In this document: positions 1-8,800 of the stretch, piece after piece
How the letters are laid out: each line of letters opens with the position of its first letter
Numbering within the stretch: position 1 is the stretch's first letter
Assembly (NCBI GenBank): GCA_036395695.1
Contig: DASWDA010000075.1
Span: 13,441-77,440, forward strand
DNA length: 64,000 nt
Direction: 5' to 3'
From: Gemmatimonadales bacterium
GTDB lineage: Bacteria; Gemmatimonadota; Gemmatimonadetes; Gemmatimonadales; GWC2-71-9
Made by a program: the position numbers and the translations under genes
Notes under the pieces: generated by a model
Databases searched by the model: none
Told to the model about the DNA's origin: nothing
Seen by the model: the letters and a program-made list of their open reading frames with translations, nothing else

Positions 1-810
1 GCGGTCGTGCACGTCATCCGCTGCTTCGAGGACCCCGACGTGGTGCACGTCATGGGGCCGGTCGATCCGGTGCGCGATCACGACGTGATCACGAGCGAGC
101 TGGCGCTCGCCGATCTCGCCGTCGTGGAGCGCCGGCTCGACAAGGCGCGGAAGTCCGCGCGCGCGGGCGACAAGGAGGCCCAGCTCGAGCTCGTCCTCCT
201 CGATCGCGTCGTGGCGGAGCTGAATCGCGGCCGCGGCGCACGCGAAGCCGGCGAAACCGCCGACGCGATCAAGTTCCTGCGCACGTTGGGACTGCTCACC
301 GCGAAGCCGATTCTCTACGCTGCCAACGTCAACGAAGACGACCTCGCAGCGGGCGGGGGCAAATGGCTCGACAAGCTGAAGGCCGCCGTGCAGACACACC
401 ATGAAGAAGCAGAGATCGTGCCCTTCTCCGCGAGGTTCGAGGCGGAGCTCGGCGAGCTGGCGGGCGAGGAGCGGCGAGAGTTCCTGTCGAGCGCCGGCGT
501 CGCGGAGCCGGGGCTCGACCGCCTGATCCACGCCGGCTACCACCTGCTCGGCCTGCAAACATTCTTCACCGTGGGCGAGAACGAGGTGCGGGCCTGGACG
601 ATGCACGCCCGCGGGACCGCCTTCGACGCCGCGGGCGAGATCCACTCCGATTTCCAGCGCGGGTTCATTCGCGCCGAAACGGTGGGCTTTGCGGAGTTTG
701 TGAAAGCGGGCAGCTACAAGGCTGCCCGCGAGCAGGGTCTGATCAGAAGCGAGGGGCGCGACTACGTCGTGAAGGACGGCGACATCCTGTTATTCCGATT
801 CAACGTCTAG
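1..810 (+). CDS. ychF: Ribosome-binding ATPase YchF, C-terminal ~270 aa (5' end lies outside the window)
   Basis: The frame is open from base 1. The translation ...VITSELALADL...LLGLQTFFTVGENEVRAWT...DYVVKDGDILLFRFNV matches the YchF helical insert and the TGS-like C-terminus. Confidence 0.9.
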   Translation, partial: AVVHVIRCFEDPDVVHVMGPVDPVRDHDVITSELALADLAVVERRLDKARKSARAGDKEAQLELVLLDRVVAELNRGRGAREAGETADAIKFLRTLGLLTAKPILYAANVNEDDLAAGGGKWLDKLKAAVQTHHEEAEIVPFSARFEAELGELAGEERREFLSSAGVAEPGLDRLIHAGYHLLGLQTFFTVGENEVRAWTMHARGTAFDAAGEIHSDFQRGFIRAETVGFAEFVKAGSYKAAREQGLIRSEGRDYVVKDGDILLFRFNV

Positions 811-1556
811 CGCGTCCAGATCTCCACCAACCCACAGGACCCGCCGGCTGACCGGCCCGTGCCCATCCACGTGGAAGAGCCGACCACCGGAACCAGCGAG
901 CGGCTCAGGTCTGCCGGCGGCACGCCCCGGTAGACCTCGACACCGGCAACGTCCGAGATCTTGATGCCATCGTAATCGGGTTCGCGCTGCGCAACGCCGT
1001 TGACGCTGACCGGAACCAGGCAGAGCGACCCACGGGTGACCCGCGTCGGGCGGCATTCCACGGAGCAGCGCGTCACGATGCCCTCGAGCGTGAGCAGACT
1101 GCTGAGCTTCGCCGCGTGGAGGTGACTGATCTCCTCGCGCGTAAAGAAGTGCGCGAAGCCGCGATAGGTCTCCCGCCGCTCGTAGAATCCCGCCAGATCA
1201 CGCCACAGATTCGGCGCTTGCGCTTCGACGACCAGCGGATCGAGATCCTCCGCATCCTGGTCGAGCAACACGGCGATCCGTTTCGAGCGCTGGGGCTCGA
1301 GCGAAAACAGGTAATCCTCGGTTACGCGCCCGTCAAAGGAGATCAGGATGGTCCGCCGCCCGCTGCGCAAGCCAGTGAGGGCAAACCGTCCTTGCGCGTC
1401 GGTGAGGGTGAACTTCCCGCCGTCGAGGGCCGCGATCATCACACCGGCGATGGGGCGGCCGTTGAAGGACGACATGACTGCCCCGTGGATCCCTGCGGTG
1501 GTATCGACTTGCAGGGGCATGGCTGAGGCGACGATCGCGGCTGTCACCAGGAGCAT
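807..1556 (-). CDS. Secreted protein with a CarboxypepD_reg-like domain and a TonB-receptor plug-like domain, but no barrel
   Basis: There is an N-terminal signal-like segment MLLVTAAIVASAMP. GVMIAALDGGKFTLTDAQGRFALTGL resembles a carboxypeptidase-regulatory-like domain. VSVNGVAQREPDYDGIKISDVAGVEVYRGVPPAD resembles the end of a plug domain. Third codon positions are strongly G/C. Confidence 0.6.
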   Translation of the reverse strand: MLLVTAAIVASAMPLQVDTTAGIHGAVMSSFNGRPIAGVMIAALDGGKFTLTDAQGRFALTGLRSGRRTILISFDGRVTEDYLFSLEPQRSKRIAVLLDQDAEDLDPLVVEAQAPNLWRDLAGFYERRETYRGFAHFFTREEISHLHAAKLSSLLTLEGIVTRCSVECRPTRVTRGSLCLVPVSVNGVAQREPDYDGIKISDVAGVEVYRGVPPADLSRSLVPVVGSSTWMGTGRSAGGSCGLVEIWTR

Positions 1557-1568
1557 GACCTACAATAG

Positions 1569-1608
1569 CACGCCGTTTCACGCCTTTCCACGCCTCTCCA
1601 CGCCGTTT
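1569..1608. repeat. Four direct CACGCC repeats with exact 10-bp phasing, in the divergent intergenic region upstream of rpsF
   Basis: CACGCC occurs at 1569, 1579, 1589 and 1599. The units are CACGCCGTTT, CACGCCTTTC, CACGCCTCTC and CACGCCGTTT. Confidence 0.8.
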
Positions 1609-1682
1609 ATGTTTCCCCCTCACATATCCCCTACTCGGTGCCTTCCACCGCACCGGGTCACCCACGACCAAAGGGAGGTGGC

Positions 1683-2045
1683 ATGAATCGTCGGTACGAG
1701 ACAGTCTACATTTTTGATAGCGCCCTGGACGAGCCGGCAATCACCGAAAAACTGAATCGCTTTCACGCCTTGCTGACCAAGGACGGGAAAGGCACGCTCA
1801 CGAACGTGGCCCACTGGGGCAAGCGGACGATGACGTACAAGATCAAGAAGAAAGACACCGGCTACTACGTGGTCGCGGAGTTCTCGACGGCGGGCGATCT
1901 GTTGCCCGAGTACGAGCGCGCCGTGAAGCTCGATGAAGGTGTGCTGCGGTACATGTGCGTCGAAGCCGCGCGCGAGCAGCCGAAACCGGTCGTGGCTGCG
2001 ACCGCCGCCCCTGAAGAGGAAGAGCTGGAAGAGGAGGAAGCGTGA
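1683..2045 (+). CDS. rpsF: 30S ribosomal protein S6
   Basis: [13 protein letters not shown]...[20 protein letters not shown] is typical of S6, with an acidic [11 protein letters not shown] tail. AAGGGAGG lies just upstream of ATG 1683. Confidence 0.95.
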   Translation: MNRRYETVYIFDSALDEPAITEKLNRFHALLTKDGKGTLTNVAHWGKRTMTYKIKKKDTGYYVVAEFSTAGDLLPEYERAVKLDEGVLRYMCVEAAREQPKPVVAATAAPEEEELEEEEA

Positions 2046-2263
2046 GACGTCCCGCCAAAACCTGTCCCGTGTGCGAGTCCGGCGCGCGCGTGCTCGACTA
2101 TAAAGATGACCGGACGTTGAGCCGCTTTCTCACGGAACGCGGAAAAATTTTGCCGAGCCGGCTGTCGGGCATGTGCGCGCGGCACCAGCGGCAGCTCGCC
2201 ACGGCGATCAAGCGCGCCCGGCAGCTGGCGCTGCTTCCGTATATCAAGGGGCACACCGCATAG
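2042..2263 (+). CDS. rpsR: 30S ribosomal protein S18
   Basis: [51 protein letters not shown] matches S18. A GTGA overlap joins it to the rpsF stop. Confidence 0.95.
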   Translation: MRRPAKTCPVCESGARVLDYKDDRTLSRFLTERGKILPSRLSGMCARHQRQLATAIKRARQLALLPYIKGHTA

Positions 2264-2304
2264 CCGCCCCCGCTCGTCCCGCCCAGGAGTCGTGGTGGCG
2301 TCTG

Positions 2305-3228
2305 GTGCTGGCGCTGCTCGCATTCCTGCTGTGGGCGCACCCGAGCCTCGTGGGATTACCGTGCGCGGCGCTGCTCGTCCTCGGGCCCCCTCTGCCCCGC
2401 GCCAAACCCGGCTGGTCTCAGCCCATCGCCGGGATGATCGGCGCCGTCAGTCTGGCGCTGCTGGTGGTGAGCGGCGGCAATGGGAGCCGGCTCGGCGCCG
2501 CCACGAGCGCCTACATCGTGCTCGCCACCGCGGCGTTCGTGTCCCTGGTGCTGCTCCGGCCGGACACGATCCTGCGCCAGGCGTTCCGGTCGACCGTGGC
2601 GGCCGGAGTCGCGACCGCCCTGCTGATTCAGGTGATGTGGGGACCGGACGCCTGGGGCTCGCTCGGCTGGGAGGCGACGCGCGAAGCGAGTCTGACGATG
2701 CGAACGATGGTGCAGATCGCGCCTGACGCCTTCTCCATTTATGAGCCGATGGTCCGCTTCATCAGCGCCACGTGGCCTGGGATGCTGGCGCTGCAGACGC
2801 TCGCCGGACTGGCACTGGCGTGGCAGCTGCACCGCCGCATCGCCGCGTCCGGGCCGGCCACCAGCGCGCCGCTCATGCGGTTCAAGGACTTCTACATCGG
2901 CGACGGTTGGGTCTGGGGCATCGTCGCCTGGCTCGCCGTGCTGATTCTGCCGGTCTCGAGCGTCCTGCACGTCGCCGGCACCAATGTGGGACTCGTGGCG
3001 AGCACGCTGTATGTGCTGCGCGGCGCGGCGATCGTCGCGACCTTCGCCGAGGCGTTCGGCATTTCGGCGGTGGCGCTGGTGATCGTGGGGGCCGCCGCGG
3101 CGGCGCTGGCCGTGCCGCTGGTGTTCGTGCTCCCGGGCCTGTGCACGCTCGGCATCACCGATACGTGGTACCAATACCGCCGCCGTCTGGCCGAAGCCAG
3201 GCAGCGACAGCGGCCCAACACACCCTGA
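2305..3228 (+). CDS. DUF2232 (YybS-like) polytopic membrane protein
   Basis: It has multiple hydrophobic helices and a C-terminal LGITDTWYQYRRRL resembling the DUF2232 end motif. Its position between rpsR and rplI is conserved, as in the Bacillus yybS region. The start is uncertain: GTG 2305, or ATG 2173 overlapping rpsR. Confidence 0.6.
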   Translation: MLALLAFLLWAHPSLVGLPCAALLVLGPPLPRAKPGWSQPIAGMIGAVSLALLVVSGGNGSRLGAATSAYIVLATAAFVSLVLLRPDTILRQAFRSTVAAGVATALLIQVMWGPDAWGSLGWEATREASLTMRTMVQIAPDAFSIYEPMVRFISATWPGMLALQTLAGLALAWQLHRRIAASGPATSAPLMRFKDFYIGDGWVWGIVAWLAVLILPVSSVLHVAGTNVGLVASTLYVLRGAAIVATFAEAFGISAVALVIVGAAAAALAVPLVFVLPGLCTLGITDTWYQYRRRLAEARQRQRPNTP

Positions 3229-3239
3229 GGATCTACGAG

Positions 3240-3683
3240 ATGGAAATCATTCTGCGGGCAGACGTGCAGCATCTGGGAAAAGTCGGCGAAGTCGTCAAGG
3301 TCAAAGACGGCTACGCCCGCAACTACCTCCTCCCCAAGGGCCTCGCCTATCCGGCGACCGAGGCCAACAAGAAAAAGATCACCTACGAGGGCGAGCGGTT
3401 GGTGAAGCAGCAGGCCGCCGAGAAGACGGCGGCCGAGACGGAAGCCACGCGGCTCGCCGGCGTGCATCTCACCTTCGAGGTGAAAGTGGGGGAGGAACAG
3501 AAACTGTACGGCTCCGTTACGGCAGGCGACATCCAGCGCAAGCTCGAGGAGCTGAACATCCGCGTCGACAAGCGGAAGATCGACCTGGCAGAGCCGATCC
3601 GCGAGCTGGGCGAGTATCAGGTCGGGATCAAGATCCATCCCGAGGTGCGGCCCGAAGTCCGCGTCACCGTCGTGAAGGAATAA
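3240..3683 (+). CDS. rplI: 50S ribosomal protein L9
   Basis: MEIILRADVQHLGKVGEVVKVKDGYARNYLLPKGLA is a canonical L9 N-terminus. Confidence 0.95.
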   Translation: MEIILRADVQHLGKVGEVVKVKDGYARNYLLPKGLAYPATEANKKKITYEGERLVKQQAAEKTAAETEATRLAGVHLTFEVKVGEEQKLYGSVTAGDIQRKLEELNIRVDKRKIDLAEPIRELGEYQVGIKIHPEVRPEVRVTVVKE

Positions 3684-3685
3684 CG

Positions 3686-5491
3686 ATCGTCGCGATCGGT
3701 TACGTCGACGGCCCGCGGTTTCGGCGTTCGCTGCTGGCAGCCGCGGACTGGGTGGCGGCCGGGCGTGACGAGTTGAATCGCATCAACGTTTTTCCCGTCC
3801 CCGACGGCGACACGGGGACCAACATGTGGCTCACGTTGCGCGCCGTCGCGGCCGCGCTGCGCAACCTCGGCGGTGACGACGGCGACACGGCGCTGCCCCT
3901 CCCCTACGTCGCCGAAACGATGGCCCAGGCCAGCGTGCGGGGCGCCCGCGGCAACTCCGGCATGATGCTGTCACAGTTCCTGCTCGGCTTCCGCGAAGGC
4001 ATCGGCCAGCGGTTGCGTGCCGACGCCCGCGGGCTGGCTGCGGCGATCGGTCTCGGCTTCGAGCGGCTGCAGGCATCGCTCGACGACCCCATTGAAGGCA
4101 CCATCCTGACCGTCGTCCGCGAAGCAGCGGAGGAAGCCGGACGCGCGCGCGGCGAGTCCGACCTCCGGGTCTTCATGAGCCGCATCGTGAACCGGGCGGA
4201 GGCCGCGCTCCAGCGCACACCCGAGCTACTGGCTGCCCTGAAGAGCGCCGGGGTGGTCGACGCCGGCGCGAAAGGGTTTGTCCGCCTGCTCGAGGGCGTG
4301 AAGCGGCTTATAGAAGAAGGTCACATCGCCCAGGGTGCGGTCGACCGCATGAGCACCGCAACGAGCGCCGCCGCACAAACCGAGGTCGAAGCCGACCGTG
4401 ACTACCGCTACTGCACCGAGTTGATGGTCCGCTCGCCGAGCCTCCCCGACCCCGCCGTCGTGCGCAAGGCGTTGCGCCCGCACGGCGGCTCGATCGTCGT
4501 GCTTGCCACGGGCGACCTGCTCAAAGCTCACGTGCACACCGACGCGCCCGACGACGTCTTCACGCTCGCCAACAGCTGGGGCACGCTGGAGTCGACCAAA
4601 GCCGACGACATGCGCGCCCAGCATCAGGCGCTGCAAGCCCGCCGACCCATCGCGTTCGTGAGCGATACCGCGTGCGACTTGCCGGACGAGCTGGTGCTGC
4701 AGTACGACATCGGGCTGGTTCCGCTGCAGCTCATCGTCGCCGAACGCTCGTATCGCGACCGCCTCGAGCTGACCGCCGCGGAGTTCTTCCGCCGCATGCG
4801 CGCCGGCCTCGACGCCAGTACGTCGCAACCTGCGCCACAGGCGTTCACGGACGCCTACCAGGACGCCGCACGCGGTGCAGACCGAGTCATCGCCGTCATC
4901 GTGTCCAGCGCGCTCTCAGGCACCCACGGCAACGCCGACGCGGCCGCCCGGCGCTTCGACACCAGTCGCGTGACCGTCGTCGACAGCCGGAGCGCCTCGC
5001 TCGGCGAAGGCCTGCTGGTGATCCGTGGCGTCGAGCTCGCCGCGGCCGGCTGGCAGGCGGACGCCATCGTGCGGGAGCTCGAGCGCGTGCGGAGTCACTC
5101 GGGCGGGTTATTTACGGTGGACAACTTCGAGCGCCTGGTACGCTCAGGCCGGCTGGGGCGGGGTCGGGCGTGGCTCGGCACCAAGCTCAATCTGAAGCCG
5201 GTGATGGCGCTTACTATGGAAGGGAGAATCGAGCCTGTCGGCCGGGTGCGCGGCCGGGATGCCGCGCGCCGCCGCATCCTCGAGCTGCTCGATCACGCGC
5301 TGACACCGCGCCCGCGCGCCCTCCGTCTGGGCGTTGCGCATGGAGACATCCCTGAGTTTGCCGAAGCGTTGCGCGTCGAGCTCGTGGCGCGCTACCGGCC
5401 GATGCAGTGTCTGGTGACGCCAATCACACCGGTAATCGCCGCACACGCCGGAATTGGAGCGTGGGGCGTGTTCTATCAGAATGAAGACTGA
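3686..5491 (+). CDS. DAK2 (DhaL/FakA-like) domain fused to a DegV (FakB-like) fatty-acid-binding domain
   Basis: The N-terminal half has NVFPVPDGDTGTNM and ...YCTELMV...GGSIVVLATGDLLKAHVHTD, as in the YloV/FakA N-terminal and middle domains. The C-terminal half has IAFVSDTACDLP...STSQPAPQAF...IVSSALSGTHGNA...VVDSRSASLGEG, as in DegV. The first canonical start is GTG 3752, but YloV-like sequence (IGYVDGPRFRRSLLAAADWV) continues upstream to about 3686. Confidence 0.8.
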   Translation: MVAIGYVDGPRFRRSLLAAADWVAAGRDELNRINVFPVPDGDTGTNMWLTLRAVAAALRNLGGDDGDTALPLPYVAETMAQASVRGARGNSGMMLSQFLLGFREGIGQRLRADARGLAAAIGLGFERLQASLDDPIEGTILTVVREAAEEAGRARGESDLRVFMSRIVNRAEAALQRTPELLAALKSAGVVDAGAKGFVRLLEGVKRLIEEGHIAQGAVDRMSTATSAAAQTEVEADRDYRYCTELMVRSPSLPDPAVVRKALRPHGGSIVVLATGDLLKAHVHTDAPDDVFTLANSWGTLESTKADDMRAQHQALQARRPIAFVSDTACDLPDELVLQYDIGLVPLQLIVAERSYRDRLELTAAEFFRRMRAGLDASTSQPAPQAFTDAYQDAARGADRVIAVIVSSALSGTHGNADAAARRFDTSRVTVVDSRSASLGEGLLVIRGVELAAAGWQADAIVRELERVRSHSGGLFTVDNFERLVRSGRLGRGRAWLGTKLNLKPVMALTMEGRIEPVGRVRGRDAARRRILELLDHALTPRPRALRLGVAHGDIPEFAEALRVELVARYRPMQCLVTPITPVIAAHAGIGAWGVFYQNED

Positions 5492-5834
5492 TCTCACACA
5501 CGTCCTAGACGCATTGGTGGACCGCAAGGCGGTCGATCCGGTAGTTTTGGACTTACGTGGCCTGTCGGGCGCGACCGATTATTTCGTGATCGTGTCGGGG
5601 ACCTCGGCCGCGCACGTGCGCGGGATGGCGGATCACCTCGTGACGGCACTCGCGCCGCGGGGCTTGAAGCCCCATCATGTGGAAGGGCTGGCGCAGGGCC
5701 GGTGGGTGTTGCTCGACTATGTGGATTTCGTCGTGCACGTCTTTCACCCGGAGCTGCGCGAGTTTTACCAGCTCGAGCGGCTGTGGGGCGACGCTCCTGT
5801 CGTCGCCGCGGGCGATGACGGAGGCTCGAAATGA
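5481..5834 (+). CDS. rsfS: Ribosome silencing factor RsfS (iojap family)
   Basis: ATDYFVIVSGTSAAHVRGMADHL...WVLLDYVDFVVHVFHPELREFYQLERLWGDA matches RsfS. Confidence 0.9.
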   Translation: MKTDLTHVLDALVDRKAVDPVVLDLRGLSGATDYFVIVSGTSAAHVRGMADHLVTALAPRGLKPHHVEGLAQGRWVLLDYVDFVVHVFHPELREFYQLERLWGDAPVVAAGDDGGSK

Positions 5835-8800
5835 CTCGTGTGGCGGTGTTTGCGGCGTTCCTCGTGCTTACGGCACAACCGCTGGCTGCGCAGTACTTCG
5901 GCCAGAACAAGGTGCAGTACAAGAACTTCCACTTCCAATCGATTCAGACCGAACACTTCGACATCTACTATTATCCCGATGAGCGGGGCGGCGCGCTCGA
6001 CGCGGCACGCATGGCGGAGCGCGCGTATGCGCGTCTGTCGCGCATCCTCCATCACCAGTTCCAGAGCCGCAAGCCGATCATCCTGTACGCCTCGCAGTCC
6101 GATTTCCAGCAGACGAACGTCGTCGACGCCACGGGTGAGGGACTGGGCGGTGTCACGGAGTTCTTCAAACACCGTGCGGTGCTGCCGTTCACCGGCTCGT
6201 ACGCCGAGTTCGAGCACGTGCTCCAGCACGAGATGGTCCACCAGTTCCAGTACGACGTCTACAGCCGCGGCCACGCGGGCGCCGGCGTGCAGACGCTGGT
6301 TGCCGTCAATCCGCCGCTCTGGTTTATGGAAGGGATGGCCGAGTACCTGTCGCTCGGGCCGATCAACACGGAGACGGCGATGTGGCTGCGCGACGCGGCC
6401 CTCGAGGGCCACCTCCCCTCGATCGAGGAAATGACGTCCGATCCCTACATCTTCCCCTACCGGTACGGCCACGCGCTGTGGGCGTACATCGGCGAGAAGT
6501 GGGGCGACGAGGTGATCGGCGAGATTCTGCAGAGCTCCGCTACGTCGGGGCTCGATGCGGCATTCAAGCGCGCGCTGGGCCGGTCGCTCGAGGATCTCTC
6601 GAACGACTGGCGCGACGCCATTCAGACGACATTCCTGCCGCAGCTCGGCGATCACTATCGCGCCCGGCGGATCGCGGAGCCGACGCTGACCGAGCGGCGC
6701 TCGCACGGGCGGATTTTCCTCGCCCCCGCGCTCACACCGGACGGGAAGACCCTGGCGTTCTTCGGCGATGAAGGCGGGTTCTTCGTCGATCTGTGGCTCG
6801 CGGATGCCGAGACCGGGCGCGTCCGGCAGCGGCTCGTGAAATCGACGCAAAACAGCAACTACGAGAGCCTGCGCTTCATCAATTCGGCGGGCGCGTTCTC
6901 TCCCGACGGCCGCTCCTTCGCGATCGCCGCCAAGCGGAAAGACCGCGACGATCTCGTCATTCTCGACGTGAAACGGGGCCGCGAAGAGCGGCGCATCCAC
7001 GTGGGCCTGAGCGGGCTGCAGACACCGCAGTGGTCGCCCGACGGGCAGCAGCTCGTCTTCACCGGCTTCCGCAACGGCTTCACGGACCTGTACATCATCA
7101 ACCGCGACGGCACCGGCCTGCGGCGGTTGACCGATGACAAGGACGCCGATCTGCATCCGTCGTGGTCGCCCGACGGCAAGACGATCGCGTTCGTCACCGA
7201 CCGGGGCGGCGAGACCGATTTCGATCTGCTGCGGTTCGGGAATCTGCGAATCGCCCTGCTCCACCTGGACAGCGGCGCCATCGAGGTCCTCGGCAACATG
7301 GGGACCGGCAAGAACATCAACCCGGTGTGGGCGCCCGATGGCCGGTCGCTGGCGTTCGTGTCCGACCGCACCGGCATCAGCAACGTGTTCTTGTACGAAT
7401 TCGACGACGGCCAGATCTATCAGCTCACGAATCTGTTCACCGGCGTGCAGGGCATCACGCCCCTGTCGCCCGTGCTCACCTGGGCGCCGCAGGCAGACCG
7501 CATGGCGTTCGTGTATTACGAGGACGGCCAGTACAGCGTGTACTCGGTGGAGAATCCACGCTCGCTGCGCCGCGCGCCCTATCATGGACCCGCGTCGCAG
7601 CCGGTCGTGACGCTGCTCGAGGCGGAAGGGCGAGACACGTTACTCAAGGCGCCGCCGCCAGTCGCGCTGGGGGGAACGGGCACCGCGACGAGTCTGCCGC
7701 GCCTGCCCGCGCCGGCGTCCATCTATCGGTCGGCAGCGGGATTCCGCCCCTCCGCGCTGCCGCCGCAGGCCGAAGCAGCCGCGACGCCGCCCCCCGTGAC
7801 GGTGCGCGGGCTCCTCGACTCCGCCACGCTCGCGTTGCCCGACACGAACGAGTTCACCTTCAAGCCGTACAAGGTGCGATTCACGGCCGACTACGTGGTG
7901 CGTCCGACAATCGGCTACGAGCGGGACAATTTTGGCCGCGGCGTGTTCGGCGGTACGGCGATCGCGCTGTCCGACATCCTCGGCAATCATTCCGTCGTGA
8001 TCGCCGGGTCGGTGAACGGCCGCATCGGCGAAGCGCAATTCCTCGGGGTGTACGTCAATCAGACCCATCGGCTGAATTGGGCCGGCGGCTTCTCACAGGA
8101 TCCGCTGTATTTCTACGGCGGCAGCGACTGGACACGGACCGCCGATACGCGGCAGCCCGGCGACAGCCTCGACGTCTTCACGACGCGGATCCGGCGCTTT
8201 GTCGTGCGAGACCTGTTCACCGAGTCGTCCTATCCGTTCAGCCGTTTCAATCGCGTCGAGCTGGGCCTGCACGCCGTCAACATTGCCGAAGCGACCCTGG
8301 CTCTCCAGACGTCGTACAACGCGACCACCGGAGGGTTGGTCGGCCAGCAGCTCGTGCAGGGCGGCGGCCCGTCGGCGACGTATGTGCAACCGTCGATCGC
8401 GCACGTGCACGACAACACGCTGTTCGGGTACGTCGGCCCATTCGCCGGCGCGCGCTCGCGGCTGTCCATCGCGCCGGCATTCGGCAGTTGGCGCTTCACG
8501 GCGGGCCTGGTCGACTACCGGCGCTACATCTTTGTCCGGCCGTTCACGCTCGCCGTGCGCAGCGTGATGTTCGGCCGCTTTGGACGCGATGCCGACCACT
8601 TTCCCGTCTTCCTCGGCAGCACCGACCTGATTCGCGGCTACACCTCCGGCTCGTTCCGGAGCCACGAGTGTGCCGCCGCCACACAGCAAACCTCGCAAAC
8701 GGGATGCGCCGAGCTCGATCAGTTGATCGGCTCGAAGATCGCGGTCGGCAACGTGGAATTGAGATTCCCGCTGACACGCAACCTCGTGCTGGGCTTTCTT

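Noticed and set aside
807-810. Convergent ychF and plug-protein genes sharing the palindromic CTAG as both stop codons
   Set aside because: This is a curiosity of compact convergent genes. Similar convergent overlaps occur at 19971-20047, 32379-32382 and 61385-61448. There is no evidence of function.
5765-7585. 606-aa ORF on the minus strand opposite the large outer-membrane protein gene
   Set aside because: It is a shadow ORF of a GC-rich gene. The translation is dominated by R/A/G/P/V/H runs with no recognisable motif, whereas the plus-strand frame has clear HExxH, PD40 and Omp85 signatures.
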